A stretch of DNA of 64,000 bases from Octopus bimaculoides. Taxonomy: Eukaryota. Location of the stretch: assembly GCF_001194135.2 (NCBI RefSeq), contig NC_068984.1:128166842-128230841 (forward strand), written 5' to 3'. A program made the translations under genes and the position numbers. The notes under the pieces are model-generated. The model saw only the letters and a list, made by a program, of their open reading frames with translations. It made no database searches and was not told where the DNA came from. The first letter of the stretch is position 1. Each line of letters starts with the position of its first letter. Below are positions 63,598 through 64,000 of this stretch, piece after piece.

Positions 63598-63738
63598 CAT
63601 CATCATCATCGTTTAACATCCACTTTCCATGCTGGCATGGGTTGGACAGTGTGACTGAGGACTGGTGAGCCAGAAGGCTGCACCAGGCTCAATCGGATCT
63701 GGCAAAGTTTCTACAGCTGGATGCCCTTCCTAACGTCA
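63598..63738 (-). mobile_element. Short RTE 3' end copy
   Basis: catcatcatcgtttaacatccactttccatgctggcatggg... Confidence 0.75.
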
Positions 63739-63741
63739 TGC

Positions 63742-63776
<35 letters not shown>

Positions 63777-64000
63777 CATAAATATATAGGGATTGACAGT
63801 AACCTGCTTCTCCAACATACTGAGAATTCAGAAATAGCAGTCAAAGAACTACTGATTTCAAAACTACAAATTATTACTCTAGATTGATAGCGATATTTTT
63901 GATACACACAGAACAAAAAACAGTAGAGAAGAGTAAAAAAACACTTGCCTTTAGTTAATTTAGTACAATTGTTTCACAGTTAAGAGTAAATAATACTCTA

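Overview
AT-rich, repeat-dense animal genomic DNA with six N-gaps (14507-14667, 15817-16371, 24594-24688, 44340-44349, 55389-55690, 58905-59148). The SINE/LINE/microsatellite repertoire points to a coleoid cephalopod, probably Octopus (inference). Two spliced genes converge tail-to-tail. On + there is an SMIM29 (C6orf1)-like exon at 2681-2810. On - there is an HMGA-like gene with an AT-hook exon (63402-63470), a 33-nt linker exon (41088-41120) and an acidic-tail exon (38166-38264). This is the same pair and orientation as human HMGA1-SMIM29. The 22-kb HMGA intron holds a large candidate alternative terminal exon (54552-56407) with a 210-bp in-frame duplication, a let-7-complementary site and a single in-frame TGA upstream of a coiled-coil C-terminus. 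Three foldback structures (about 9.8-11.6, 32.2-32.7 and 57.2-58.3 kb) each carry a hammerhead-ribozyme motif in both arms, all reading outward. Several solo minimal hammerhead relics also occur; all fit Penelope-like terminal repeats. The rest is tRNA-derived SINEs, RTE/BovB-like, R4-like and Penelope relics, a mariner relic with MITEs, piggyBac-like MITEs and tandem repeats. Almost all entries in the ORF track are repeat artefacts. Homology calls are from recalled sequence motifs, not database searches.
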